Source: an uncultured bacterium
Lineage (GTDB): Bacteria > Patescibacteriota > Minisyncoccia > Minisyncoccales > UBA5738
Assembly (NCBI GenBank): GCA_903847095.1
Contig: CAINCQ010000041.1
Location: 8,292 to 72,291 of the forward strand
Length of the DNA stretch: 64,000 nucleotides
Direction of reading: 5' to 3'
Shown here: in pieces, positions 1 to 8,379 of the stretch
Layout: each line of letters begins with the position of its first letter
Numbering within the stretch: position 1 is the stretch's first letter
Notes under the pieces: model-generated
What the model was told of the DNA's origin: nothing
What the model saw: the letters and a program-made list of their open reading frames with translations, nothing else
Databases searched by the model: none
Position numbers and translations under genes: made by a program

Positions 1-162
1 CTTCCCTTTTCTCTGAAAGCGAAACCCACCTCTTAATGGATTATCCGATTTACTAACCCAATAAGGGAAAAACAATAAGCGCGTTGTTTTTGTTTCCCGC
101 AAAACAATCGGGCTGATATCCATTGTTACGTCAGATGTTGACTGTGTCGAGATTAGTTGCAT
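1..162 (-). CDS. 5' part of a probable Shedu (SduA/DUF4263) anti-phage nuclease; runs off the window
   Basis: Absent from the ORF track. ATG at 162, 2 nt after the dinD stop; open to position 1: MQLISTQSTSDVTMDISPIVLRETKTTRLLFFPYWVSKSDNPLRGGFRFQRKGK. The IVLRET.TTRL.F.P...G.F..QRKG pattern resembles an N-terminus I recall from DUF4263 proteins. Only 54 codons are visible. Confidence 0.55.
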   Translation of the reverse strand, partial: MQLISTQSTSDVTMDISPIVLRETKTTRLLFFPYWVSKSDNPLRGGFRFQRKGK

Positions 163-164
163 AT

Positions 165-1016
165 TCAATTTTTCCCGTTTAATTTCTTAACGTTTTTGGG
201 CAGTTTTTTATCCTCCGACTTTATTTTACGTTCCAGCTTTTTAATATCCTCCTCGGCAGGTAATTGTTCGGGGCGAATACCGCTTTTTTCCAACATATCC
301 CTCATATTCCGATTATTCTTCACATGTTCCAAGCTGATCGGCATTTCTCCTCGGATCGTTTCATCTTTTTTAACGTTGAGGTTGGTGATTTCGGTTGCCA
401 AATCTTTAGCCTTGATGGTTACCGAAGGCAAAAAGTCTGCCAGCGGCCGTTTCTCCGGCACGCCAAGCCTTTTCTTCATTTCCTGGGTTCCATAACCGCC
501 AAACAATTGCACGTCGCCTCGATTGCGGATACGCGCAAATCCTTGGCCGTCCACCCCGCGCTCAAAAATCAAACCCGAAAGTTGTTTTTCCGACGCGGTA
601 AGTTTTTCCCGCGCCTGCACCCGTTCCCAGATCGCCAACCTTTTTTCTAAAATTTCCTGTTTTCTCGTTTGCACCGCAAAATAAGTCATCGCGAACGCAA
701 TCGCGTCTTTACGAGAATCGCCGTTTTGCGCTATTAAATAGCAAGCGTAACGTGTGAGTATGATGTCGGCAACTTCTTTTTTGGCACCTGAACCGATGTC
801 GACCATCTTGCCGACGTCGGCAAAATGGTTGTGGATAACTTGGCCGACAGTTTCACAAGCGATTTTGGCTTTATCGATTACTTTCTCAAAATTACTCCAT
901 TTATCATAACCCAGTAAGACCTGCAATTCACGTGCGTACCAAAATTCGACACCCTTCTCCATATGGGCGCGGTCATCAAAATTTTTATGAAGCTTAACGA
1001 TTATTTCCTTTTCCAT
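165..1016 (-). CDS. dinD: DNA damage-inducible protein D (Bro-N-like domain)
   Basis: Motifs EFWYARELQ..LGY..W, LTRYACYLIAQNGD..K, YFAVQTR and RPLADFLP..TI.AK. Likely start is MEKEII at 1016. Confidence 0.9.
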   Translation of the reverse strand: MEKEIIVKLHKNFDDRAHMEKGVEFWYARELQVLLGYDKWSNFEKVIDKAKIACETVGQVIHNHFADVGKMVDIGSGAKKEVADIILTRYACYLIAQNGDSRKDAIAFAMTYFAVQTRKQEILEKRLAIWERVQAREKLTASEKQLSGLIFERGVDGQGFARIRNRGDVQLFGGYGTQEMKKRLGVPEKRPLADFLPSVTIKAKDLATEITNLNVKKDETIRGEMPISLEHVKNNRNMRDMLEKSGIRPEQLPAEEDIKKLERKIKSEDKKLPKNVKKLNGKN

Positions 1017-1073
1017 AAAATTTAGTTGGTTAATTTTTGTAACCGTCTTAAACGATATCTGCACCTCTCAAGC

Positions 1074-1191
1074 GTCCGATTTTTTCGGACAGTTTCTCTT
1101 GTATTTCAGTGTTATCCTTGGCCAGCTGTCGTCATTTTGTCGACAACTGATTTTATATAATTTTCAGTTGTCCGTTTTTTTTCGGACGACT
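1074..1191. repeat. Three related imperfect palindromes (GTC-N11/12-GAC core) between hsdM and dinD
   Basis: GTCCG-N7-CGGAC at 1074-1090; CAGCTGTCG-N9-CGACAACTG at 1123-1149; CAGTTGTCCG-T8-CGGACGACT at 1165-1191. Confidence 0.7.
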
Positions 1192-2704
1192 ATTCAATTC
1201 CTAATTTTTTCAAATACCCGGCCATTTGTTTTTCCAGTTTTTTTAATTCCGGTTCCAATTCCGCCAGCTCTTTTAAATTCGCTTTAATATCGATCGGCGC
1301 TTCTTCCTCAAAGGTATCCACGTAGCGCGTAATATTGAGATTGAAATCGTTTTCCTTGCTGATTTCGTCAAAGCCCACTTTGCGCGCGAACTTTTCGATA
1401 TTCTTGCGGTTTTTATACGTATTGTAAATCTTTTCAATATTCTCCTCGGCTAGAATATTTTGCGCTTTGCCCGGTTTATACTGTTTTGACGCTTCGATAA
1501 ATAAAATGTCTTTTTTGTTTTCGTTTGCCCCGCCTTGCTCGCGCGACCGGTCAATCACCAAAATCGCCACCGGAATACCGGTTGTCTGGAATAATCCCGC
1601 GGGCAGTCCAATCACCGCGTCAATAATATTTTCCCGCACCAGCTGTTCGCGGATTTTTCCTTCCGCCCCGCCGCGGAATAACACGCCATGAGGCACAATT
1701 ACCGCGATCCGGCCGGTTTTTGGTTTAGCGGTTTCCACCATATGGGTAATAAAAGCGAAATCCCCCTTATCTTTGGGCGGCACTCCTCGCCAAAAACGCT
1801 TATATTTATCATCTTCGGCGTTTTCCGCTCCCCACTTTTTTAGCGAAAAAGGCGGATTGCTCACGATCGTATCAAATTTCATCAATTGGTCATTTTCCGC
1901 CAATAACGGATTATTTAACGTATCGCCCCATTCCAGCCGCGCCGAATCCATGCCGTGCAGAAAAATATTCATCCGCGCCAGTTGAAAGGTTGATCCGGTT
2001 GATTCCTGGCCATAAAGCGCGTAATTTTTTGAACCGTTTTTTTCCACTTCCTCGCCCGCCAGCAAAAGCAGGCCGCCCGATCCGCAACAAGGATCGCAAA
2101 TTCTATCGCCCGCCTTAGGTTGGGCCAGCCTTGCCACCAGTTTGGCCACATTGCGAACAGTAAAGAACTCCCCGGCTTTCTTTCCGGCGTCCGCCCCAAA
2201 CCGCTCGATCATATACATATACGAATTGCCGATAATGTCATCGCCCGCGTCCGCCAAATCAATTTTGGCAAAATCCTGAATCAAATGGCGCAACATCTTG
2301 TTGCGTTCGGCCAGTTTTCCCAAAACCGATTCGGAGTTGAAATCAACGCTAAACACTCCTTCAAGTTTTTCGCGATTGGCTTCTTCAATCCGGTCAAGCG
2401 CCTTGTTTAGCTCTTCTCCGATATTGTCCTGCTCGATAATGCTATAAATATAGTCAAACGATGATTCTTGGGGCAAATAAAACCGGTCCAGCTTCATTTT
2501 TTCTTCAATCCGCGGGCGATCGTCGTTAAATCGTTCCCGGTACTGCTCATACTTCTTCTTTGTTAGGTCGCTTAAATACTTAAAGAAAAGCATCGCCAGC
2601 ACATAATCTTTGTAAACTCCGGCATCCACTTGCGTCCGCGACGAATCCGCCGCCGCCCAAAGCACTTTGTTGAGGTCTTCTTGCGTGTATTTTTTTGATG
2701 TCAT
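1190..2704 (-). CDS. hsdM: Type I restriction-modification N6-adenine methyltransferase subunit
   Basis: HsdM N-terminus LWAAAD..R...YKDYVL.MLF.KY, GEFFT, motif I DPCCGSGG, motif IV NPPF, VPHGVLFRG, FNLNI.RY. Confidence 0.95.
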   Translation of the reverse strand: MTSKKYTQEDLNKVLWAAADSSRTQVDAGVYKDYVLAMLFFKYLSDLTKKKYEQYRERFNDDRPRIEEKMKLDRFYLPQESSFDYIYSIIEQDNIGEELNKALDRIEEANREKLEGVFSVDFNSESVLGKLAERNKMLRHLIQDFAKIDLADAGDDIIGNSYMYMIERFGADAGKKAGEFFTVRNVAKLVARLAQPKAGDRICDPCCGSGGLLLLAGEEVEKNGSKNYALYGQESTGSTFQLARMNIFLHGMDSARLEWGDTLNNPLLAENDQLMKFDTIVSNPPFSLKKWGAENAEDDKYKRFWRGVPPKDKGDFAFITHMVETAKPKTGRIAVIVPHGVLFRGGAEGKIREQLVRENIIDAVIGLPAGLFQTTGIPVAILVIDRSREQGGANENKKDILFIEASKQYKPGKAQNILAEENIEKIYNTYKNRKNIEKFARKVGFDEISKENDFNLNITRYVDTFEEEAPIDIKANLKELAELEPELKKLEKQMAGYLKKLGIE

Positions 2705-2708
2705 AGGA

Positions 2709-3287
2709 TTAGGTTAGTTTTTCAAAAATGGCATTGGCGATATTTTTTTTAATTTGAATTTTTCGTTCGCAAATTTCCCGTTGGTACCTTAAGTTATCTG
2801 AGAGTTTAACGATCGTCTCCTGCATGTCGATTGAAGGTATTGGGATTTCAATCTCAGACAGCTTATTTCTTGAAATTGAATGGATGTATGACCCGGTAAC
2901 GGATTTTAAAATCTTCTTTTGTCCTTCTTTCGAGTTGAGGTAAATTGATAAATATTCCGGAAGCACTTCATAGCCAGTTAATCTGGCAACAATAACCGAT
3001 GACGACGCAAGCACATTCTCGGAATTGCCTTGGATTACTGCCGCCCTGAATGACCCAATATTTGCACCGCGCAAGGTAAGTGCAATATCGTTTTTCCTTA
3101 AAAAATATGATCCATGAAAATTCTTAAACGATATCATGGTTAAACTTCGTAAATCGATGATCTTATTGCCCGTCGCGACATTCTTCGCTTGGAAAACAAA
3201 CGTATTGCCGTTTTTGTCCGGTATTATGGCTCCCCGAAAAGTGAATCCAAGAATTAAATTAGATATATCCTTTAGTTTCTTTATCAT
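2709..3287 (-). CDS. hsdS: Half-size (single TRD) type I RM specificity subunit
   Basis: KKLKDIS..I.G, PEYL..YLNS, I....L..IEIPIPS...Q..IV and a C-terminal coiled coil; 192 aa; directly upstream of hsdM. Confidence 0.8.
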   Translation of the reverse strand: MIKKLKDISNLILGFTFRGAIIPDKNGNTFVFQAKNVATGNKIIDLRSLTMISFKNFHGSYFLRKNDIALTLRGANIGSFRAAVIQGNSENVLASSSVIVARLTGYEVLPEYLSIYLNSKEGQKKILKSVTGSYIHSISRNKLSEIEIPIPSIDMQETIVKLSDNLRYQREICERKIQIKKNIANAIFEKLT

Positions 3288-3375
3288 ATAAGCCTCTGTA
3301 AGATCATTTTATATTATCTAGGGAATAAGTCAAGCACTACCCAAAAAGAAGCCCCTTTGGGCTCCTTTTAAGTTT

Positions 3376-3627
3376 CTAATAAATTCCTTGGCGGTGGCCG
3401 ATGGCGATAACGATAATCAGCAGTTCATTTTTATGAATGGAATAGATTATGCGGTAGGGCCAGATACGCATTGACCATTGGCCCAAGTGCCGACCTTCGA
3501 GTTTTTTTCCGGCATACGGGTCGTTGGCGATCACGCTGAAGGCCGCCAAAGCCCGGTAGTAATCTTTTTGGGGTAATTTATTTAACTCTTTTTTCGCGCT
3601 TGGCTTGATCCTTAGCTGGTATGCCAT
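3376..3627 (-). CDS. RelE/ParE-family type II toxin
   Basis: MAYQLRIKPSAKKEL.KLP...KKL.G...R...YRIIY.I....L.I.VIAIGHR; start 3627 lies inside the antitoxin 3' end. Confidence 0.9.
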   Translation of the reverse strand: MAYQLRIKPSAKKELNKLPQKDYYRALAAFSVIANDPYAGKKLEGRHLGQWSMRIWPYRIIYSIHKNELLIIVIAIGHRQGIY

Positions 3628-3940
3628 ATTTTTTTGCCGAATTTTGGGCGACCACAAAACCTTCTTTTGCCAGAAGCTCTTCAAGCGTGGTCCAATTTTT
3701 ATATTCGCCGGTTTTTACCGCTTCATCGACTTCTTTAACGTCTTTATCGAGATCGGGGAATTCGCGCATTACTTCCAATGTTTCTTGCCAGGAATCGAAC
3801 TGTTCGGCCGACATTAAAACCGCCTTGGGATGTCCTTTGTCGGTCAAGGTATAGTAATTATCCGGTTTTTGCACATCTTGGGCAATTTCAAAAATTCTTT
3901 TTCTGGCTTCGGAAATTGAAATTGTGGTTTTGGGATTCAT
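3578..3940 (-). CDS. Phd/YefM-family antitoxin
   Basis: ISISEARK....I......Y.LT..G.P.AVLMS.E.F....ETLE; upstream of and overlapping the toxin gene. Confidence 0.9.
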   Translation of the reverse strand: MNPKTTISISEARKRIFEIAQDVQKPDNYYTLTDKGHPKAVLMSAEQFDSWQETLEVMREFPDLDKDVKEVDEAVKTGEYKNWTTLEELLAKEGFVVAQNSAKKYGIPAKDQAKREKRVK

Positions 3941-3953
3941 GATTTTTGTGTTA

Positions 3954-3989
3954 TATGTACATAATAACGTACATCGAAAAAGAAGTCAA
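3954..3989 (-). promoter_or_regulatory. TA operon promoter with YefM-type operator
   Basis: TTGACT(3989-3984)-17-TATTAT(3966-3961). TGTACA at 3956-3961 and CGTACA at 3968-3973 are 12 bp apart, at either side of the -10 box. Confidence 0.75.
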
Positions 3990-4160
3990 ACAGAGCGCCG
4001 ACTTTTTGAGTTTTCCGGTTTTAAACTGCCCGTCCGTCCCTCATCTTCCCGAATCATTCGCACCTTCGCGCTAATAAGGCGGGTAGCGGTAATTATTACC
4101 TTTTTTCACTATTAATCAAAAAAAGAGCGCCGATTTTTAGTCTTCGCTCTTATCTATTCT

Positions 4161-4874
4161 CTACGCCGGCGGCGGTTTCTGTTTTTCGTTTGGTTGATAT
4201 ATCCTTGATTGCGATGGTTCCGTTTTTCCCCCTATCGTGTTTTGGAAAAACTTTTTAATTTCCCCTTTCATCATTCCATAGGCGATGCCAACCAAAAGAA
4301 TAATAATGCCTAGGTCAAAAATCGGATCGATCAGCACATAAGCAACGGTAAAGATTAACCCGGCGATAAACACGCAATAAATCAGATTATAAATAATTTT
4401 GTCTTGCGGTGCCGGTTCCTTGCCCATTTTTTTATCCGCTTCGATTTTCTTAATAAAATGATCCGGCAGGTCCCAAAACATGAAAGCACAGAACAAGAGA
4501 AAACCGCCAACCACAATAAACAGCCACCCTATCGGCCCGGTAGTGCGTAAATAATTAACCCCTGCCAGGAAAAAATTAATTCCTGCAAAACAGCAAACCA
4601 AGGCCAGGGTTGCCTTAGTGATTTTTTGTCCGGGAGAATTTTTGCGTGCTTGATAATCCGAATATTCCCGGTCCGTCAGGCCGCAGAATCCTTTCAACAA
4701 TTTAGCTTCGGCGTCATCTTCTTCATTTTCTATCGGCGCTTCTACTTTTCTCTTTGGCACTGGCCAATCATCGCTCGTCGTTTCTTCGCTTGCCGCGAAC
4801 AATTCTTCGGGTTTCACGTAGGCCAAAGAATTTTTGTTTCTCGGTTTCCCGTTTTCATCAATTCCGAATTTCGT
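4161..4874 (-). CDS. Hypothetical membrane protein (about 4 TM segments); start uncertain (ACG 4874 or TTG 4826)
   Basis: Hydrophobic segments; promoter TTGACA(4973-4968)-17-AATAAT; GGAGG 7 nt before an in-frame ACG; hairpin terminator near 4121-4151. Confidence 0.7.
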   Translation of the reverse strand, partial: TKFGIDENGKPRNKNSLAYVKPEELFAASEETTSDDWPVPKRKVEAPIENEEDDAEAKLLKGFCGLTDREYSDYQARKNSPGQKITKATLALVCCFAGINFFLAGVNYLRTTGPIGWLFIVVGGFLLFCAFMFWDLPDHFIKKIEADKKMGKEPAPQDKIIYNLIYCVFIAGLIFTVAYVLIDPIFDLGIIILLVGIAYGMMKGEIKKFFQNTIGGKTEPSQSRIYQPNEKQKPPPA

Positions 4875-5079
4875 TTTTTCACCTCCATTCGTCGTTCGAT
4901 CTTTTTTTAAAGGACTGTTTGCCCGGAATTAACTTAGTTCTACGATTATTCATCGTACAAAGAGAAATGTCAATTGCTCCGGACTCTGCCAAACCCGTCT
5001 ATCCAACCATTCGCCTATTCGGGCGAATGAGTCATAAGATTTGCCTAAACGCGCAGAAGATATTTTAAATAATGAAATT

Positions 5080-5616
5080 TTAGCGATTGATTTTTTCGAT
5101 CGTGGATATGCCTTGGAGCGTATTCCGGTCTTTTATCAACTTACGCGCCTCATCAAACGTTTTCCAGGCGGTTTCGTGGAATTCGGTGGCGAGTAACGCT
5201 GGGTCCGGGTGGAATTCTTTGGAATTAAAAGGTAGGAAATACCAGAGGTCGAAATGGGTTTTACAGGGTTGGATGGGATTATCGATGGTGGTGATGGTGA
5301 GCAGCTTTGGCGCTCCGATTTCTGCGATTTTTATAAAACTGCCCCATTCTTCGTTGATTTCCCGGGCTAGCGCTTCCGGGGGCGTTTCATTTTTATCGAG
5401 GTGGCCGCCGTTGAACAACCATAAGCCGGATTTGATGTGGCGGCCGATAAAGACCATTCGTTTTTCCGGGTCGTAGGCCGCGAAGTAGACGCAGAAATGC
5501 GACCGGATATTTTCGTCCCGGCTGGTAGTTTGATCTTTAATCCTTTCCAAAAAAGCGGAACTGATGGCAGGCTCCGCCGGGGTATTTTCGATAAGGTCTT
5601 TTAAATTGTTGGCCAT
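5080..5616 (-). CDS. NUDIX hydrolase
   Basis: Nudix box GGHLDKNETPPEALAREINEEWG. Confidence 0.85.
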   Translation of the reverse strand: MANNLKDLIENTPAEPAISSAFLERIKDQTTSRDENIRSHFCVYFAAYDPEKRMVFIGRHIKSGLWLFNGGHLDKNETPPEALAREINEEWGSFIKIAEIGAPKLLTITTIDNPIQPCKTHFDLWYFLPFNSKEFHPDPALLATEFHETAWKTFDEARKLIKDRNTLQGISTIEKINR

Positions 5617-5625
5617 CGTTTGGTA

Positions 5626-6306
5626 TTACTTTCCGAAGCGCCGCTGGCGCGAGGCGTAATCGGCAAGGGCCGCGTCGAGGTCGGCTTCCGAAAAATCGGG
5701 CCAGTATTTCTTGACGAACAAAATTTCGGAATAAGCGGCTTGCCAGATCAGAAAACCGGATAAGCGCTGCTCCCCGCCCGTTCTGATGATCAGGTCGACA
5801 TCGGTGGTCCAGAGGTTGTCCTTGATGACTTCTTCGGTGATATCATCGGGCTTAATTCCTTTTTTTAAAATATTCTTGAATGCTTCGACTATTTCCACCC
5901 GTCCGCCGTAGCTCATGGCCAGATTAACGATCATAACCTCGTTGCCCGCGGTTTCTTTTTCGATTTCGGCGATCTTTTTTTGGATCGATGCGGGCAAACG
6001 CTCGATTTGGCCGATCACCCGCAGTTTTACGTTCTGGCCGCTGAATTTTTTAAAAAAGTCGTTTACCGCTTTTTCCATCAGATCCATCAGATAATCGACT
6101 TCCTCTTTGGAGCGGTGCCAGTTCTCGGTTGAAAAACAAAAAATAGACAGGGTTTTAATATGTCTTTTTCTGGCAGCCTCGATAACCGTCCTAATGGCAT
6201 CCAGACCGCGCTTGTGCCCTTCCAGGGTTGGCAAACCCTTTTCTTTGGCCCAGCGGCGGTTTCCGTCGACGATAATGCCTAGATGTTTTGGGATTGTTGA
6301 GTCCAT
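5626..6306 (-). CDS. uppS: Undecaprenyl diphosphate synthase (cis-prenyltransferase)
   Basis: PKHLGIIVDGNRRWA, FSTENW.R, DLIIRTGGEQRLSGFL, RRFG. Confidence 0.97.
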   Translation of the reverse strand: MDSTIPKHLGIIVDGNRRWAKEKGLPTLEGHKRGLDAIRTVIEAARKRHIKTLSIFCFSTENWHRSKEEVDYLMDLMEKAVNDFFKKFSGQNVKLRVIGQIERLPASIQKKIAEIEKETAGNEVMIVNLAMSYGGRVEIVEAFKNILKKGIKPDDITEEVIKDNLWTTDVDLIIRTGGEQRLSGFLIWQAAYSEILFVKKYWPDFSEADLDAALADYASRQRRFGK

Positions 6307-7247
6307 TTGAATAAGTAGTCGCCGTCTATCGAATAATTTGTCGGTAAAACGTACGGTGCGTTATAGCCAAGCCAGTACAGTGTTTTTTTGGCCGCGGACG
6401 CGGCCGATATTTCCAAATTAAAAAAGCGTTCCGCTTCCATCTTATATTGTAGGAAATTTGGGAAATTTTTCAACAGGATGTCGGCACTTTTAAGGCCCCA
6501 CACTACTCCCCCGCCCGACCAGGGTTTGGTCAGGCCGCTCGCGTCGCCGCAGAGCGTGATCCGTTCGTTTGAGGGCAAGCTAAAATTAGTCGGGATCAGG
6601 GCTGATCTTAGATCGGTAGCCGGCAGGTTGTTTTTTTCCAAAAACTCATCGAATATTTTTCTCGCGCGCTCCGGATTTTCCATTATTCCGTATTCTTGAC
6701 TCTCTCCTCTGGGGATCTTCCAGATGAAGCCATTTTCCGTTGGCCAGGTTTCCACCAAATCGGACTTATTGGATTTTTCGCTAAAAACCTGGATACCAAG
6801 ACTGTATCCGGATTCTTTCAATCCCAGATGTTTACGCGCCACCGACAACGCTCCGTCGCAGCCGATGACCTTGTCGAACCTGGTCATCAGGTTTTCCAGC
6901 GCGGTTTGGTCGATTTTTTTGCCGAGCGTTATGGTGGCGGTATTCTTTTGCGCGAGCCTCGCGGCCATTTGGTCAAGCTTGGCGTGCTCGATCACGTAGA
7001 ATTTTTTCCTGAAAGCGAGGCTCAGCGTTTTTTTGGGAAAATGGATGAGGCAGCGATTGATCCGGTTTTCGACCAATTCGCGGCTTTCGGGCAAGAAATC
7101 GAACAACCGTTCCGAGAATAGTCCGGAACAGCATTGTTTTCCGATAAAGGTTTTTTGTTCGAAAACCTCAACTTTATGGCCGGCCTTGGCGAGTTTTTGG
7201 GCCAGATACAGCCCGCAGATGCCTCCGCCTAATACCGCGACTTTCAT
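6279..7247 (-). CDS. FAD-dependent oxidoreductase, geranylgeranyl reductase-like
   Basis: VAVLGGGICG, K.C.G, IGCDGA.S, FIWKIP, GDASGLTKPWSGGG. Confidence 0.8.
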   Translation of the reverse strand: MKVAVLGGGICGLYLAQKLAKAGHKVEVFEQKTFIGKQCCSGLFSERLFDFLPESRELVENRINRCLIHFPKKTLSLAFRKKFYVIEHAKLDQMAARLAQKNTATITLGKKIDQTALENLMTRFDKVIGCDGALSVARKHLGLKESGYSLGIQVFSEKSNKSDLVETWPTENGFIWKIPRGESQEYGIMENPERARKIFDEFLEKNNLPATDLRSALIPTNFSLPSNERITLCGDASGLTKPWSGGGVVWGLKSADILLKNFPNFLQYKMEAERFFNLEISAASAAKKTLYWLGYNAPYVLPTNYSIDGDYLFKWTQQSQNI

Positions 7248-7363
7248 AAAAATATTCTACAGGAAATAGACGGATATACAAGCTGGTTTGGATCCGATCT
7301 TGCTTGATTGACGTGCTTATTGGTACGTGATAAGAATAACCCAGAACCTTAGGAGGTAAGACA

Positions 7364-7846
7364 TTGAAAAAAAGATACCTAAAAGACATCCTGATTTTCC
7401 ACGATTTTCACGAGGAAAGCGGGCATCTTTGGATAGCGATCAACCATTTAAAAGAATTATCGGCCGGTCATATCGGTAATCCGTTATCGACCTCGACGAT
7501 CCATTCGTACGGATTGAATTCGTCCGCCGAGATCAAAGGAGCGTTATCAGGATACGTTAACCATGAATTCAAGGACGATTTGTTCCTGATACTTACCCGA
7601 TCGGCCTATCCGGAAGCCAATGCCGTTGTCGTTAGAACCCGTTCGGGATACACGATCATTGGTCCCGATGACGGAAGCCTGGGATTCATACCGGCCGACG
7701 ATTTGATGGAGCTATGGGTTATAAGCGAGCCCTGGTGCTACAATGAGTTTTCGCGCCGATTATTCGCGGCAGCGGCTCTTGCCCAAGGAAAACCATTGGA
7801 TGAGTTTGGCAAAATCGCCGAGGCTACCGATGTTAAAAGACGATAG
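7364..7846 (+). CDS. Divergent SAM hydroxide adenosyltransferase (DUF62) N-terminal-domain-like protein
   Basis: IIGPDDGSL resembles FVGPDNG.L; F....AAALAQG.PLDEFG resembles the family linker. AGGAGG SD before TTG; terminator 7861-7881. Confidence 0.55.
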   Translation: MKKRYLKDILIFHDFHEESGHLWIAINHLKELSAGHIGNPLSTSTIHSYGLNSSAEIKGALSGYVNHEFKDDLFLILTRSAYPEANAVVVRTRSGYTIIGPDDGSLGFIPADDLMELWVISEPWCYNEFSRRLFAAAALAQGKPLDEFGKIAEATDVKRR

Positions 7847-7946
7847 TAGTTGAATTGCTTAGGCGCCAATCGCGCCTTTTTCCTTGGTTAGGCGGGTCAG
7901 AGCGCGGTAGTCCGGGTTTTTGGGCGATCGTTCTATCCCCTGCCTT

Positions 7947-7975
7947 TTGACAAGAATGGGTTTTTTTGCTATTAT
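7947..7975 (+). promoter_or_regulatory. sigma70-type promoter of rpmA
   Basis: TTGACA-17-TATTAT. Confidence 0.75.
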
Positions 7976-8028
7976 CGAGATGTTTCGTATTATCAGGTTA
8001 TTAGGACGTATTATTAAATAATAAAATT

Positions 8029-8319
8029 ATGGCAAAGACTAAAGCCGCGGGCGGTACGCATCTTGGAAGGGATTCCCGCCCCAAATTCTTGGGCGTTAAA
8101 GTTTCCGCCGGAGAAACAGTTAAAATCGGGAGCGTGATCATCCGTCAGCGGGGATCCAGTTTTGTGGCCGGCAATAACGTTAAGACGGGCCGCGATTATA
8201 CCCTTTATTCGGCTATCAATGGCGTTGTTTCGTTCGCCTCCAAAAGAAAGAAAGGATATGACAATAAGCAGCGGATGGTAAAGATCGTAAACGTTTTGGA
8301 AGCGGTTCCCAAAAAATAA
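8029..8319 (+). CDS. rpmA: 50S ribosomal protein L27
   Basis: MAKTKAAGGT..GRDS..K.LGVK, IIRQRG, GRDYTL. Confidence 0.97.
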   Translation: MAKTKAAGGTHLGRDSRPKFLGVKVSAGETVKIGSVIIRQRGSSFVAGNNVKTGRDYTLYSAINGVVSFASKRKKGYDNKQRMVKIVNVLEAVPKK

Positions 8320-8333
8320 TTTATCCGATCGCG

Positions 8334-8362
8334 AAAAAAAAGGCCTACGAGGCCTTTTTTTT
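8334..8362. terminator. Bidirectional intrinsic terminator between rpmA and pyrG
   Basis: A-tract-GGCCT-ACG-AGGCC-T-tract between convergent genes. Confidence 0.85.
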
Positions 8363-8379
8363 GTTAGGTAATGATTTTG

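Noticed and set aside
3992..4150. Direct repeat AGAGCGCCGA at 3992 and 4124 as an att site or target duplication
   Set aside because: Only about 10 nt are identical, it encloses no gene, and no integrase is nearby; probably a partial terminator duplication.
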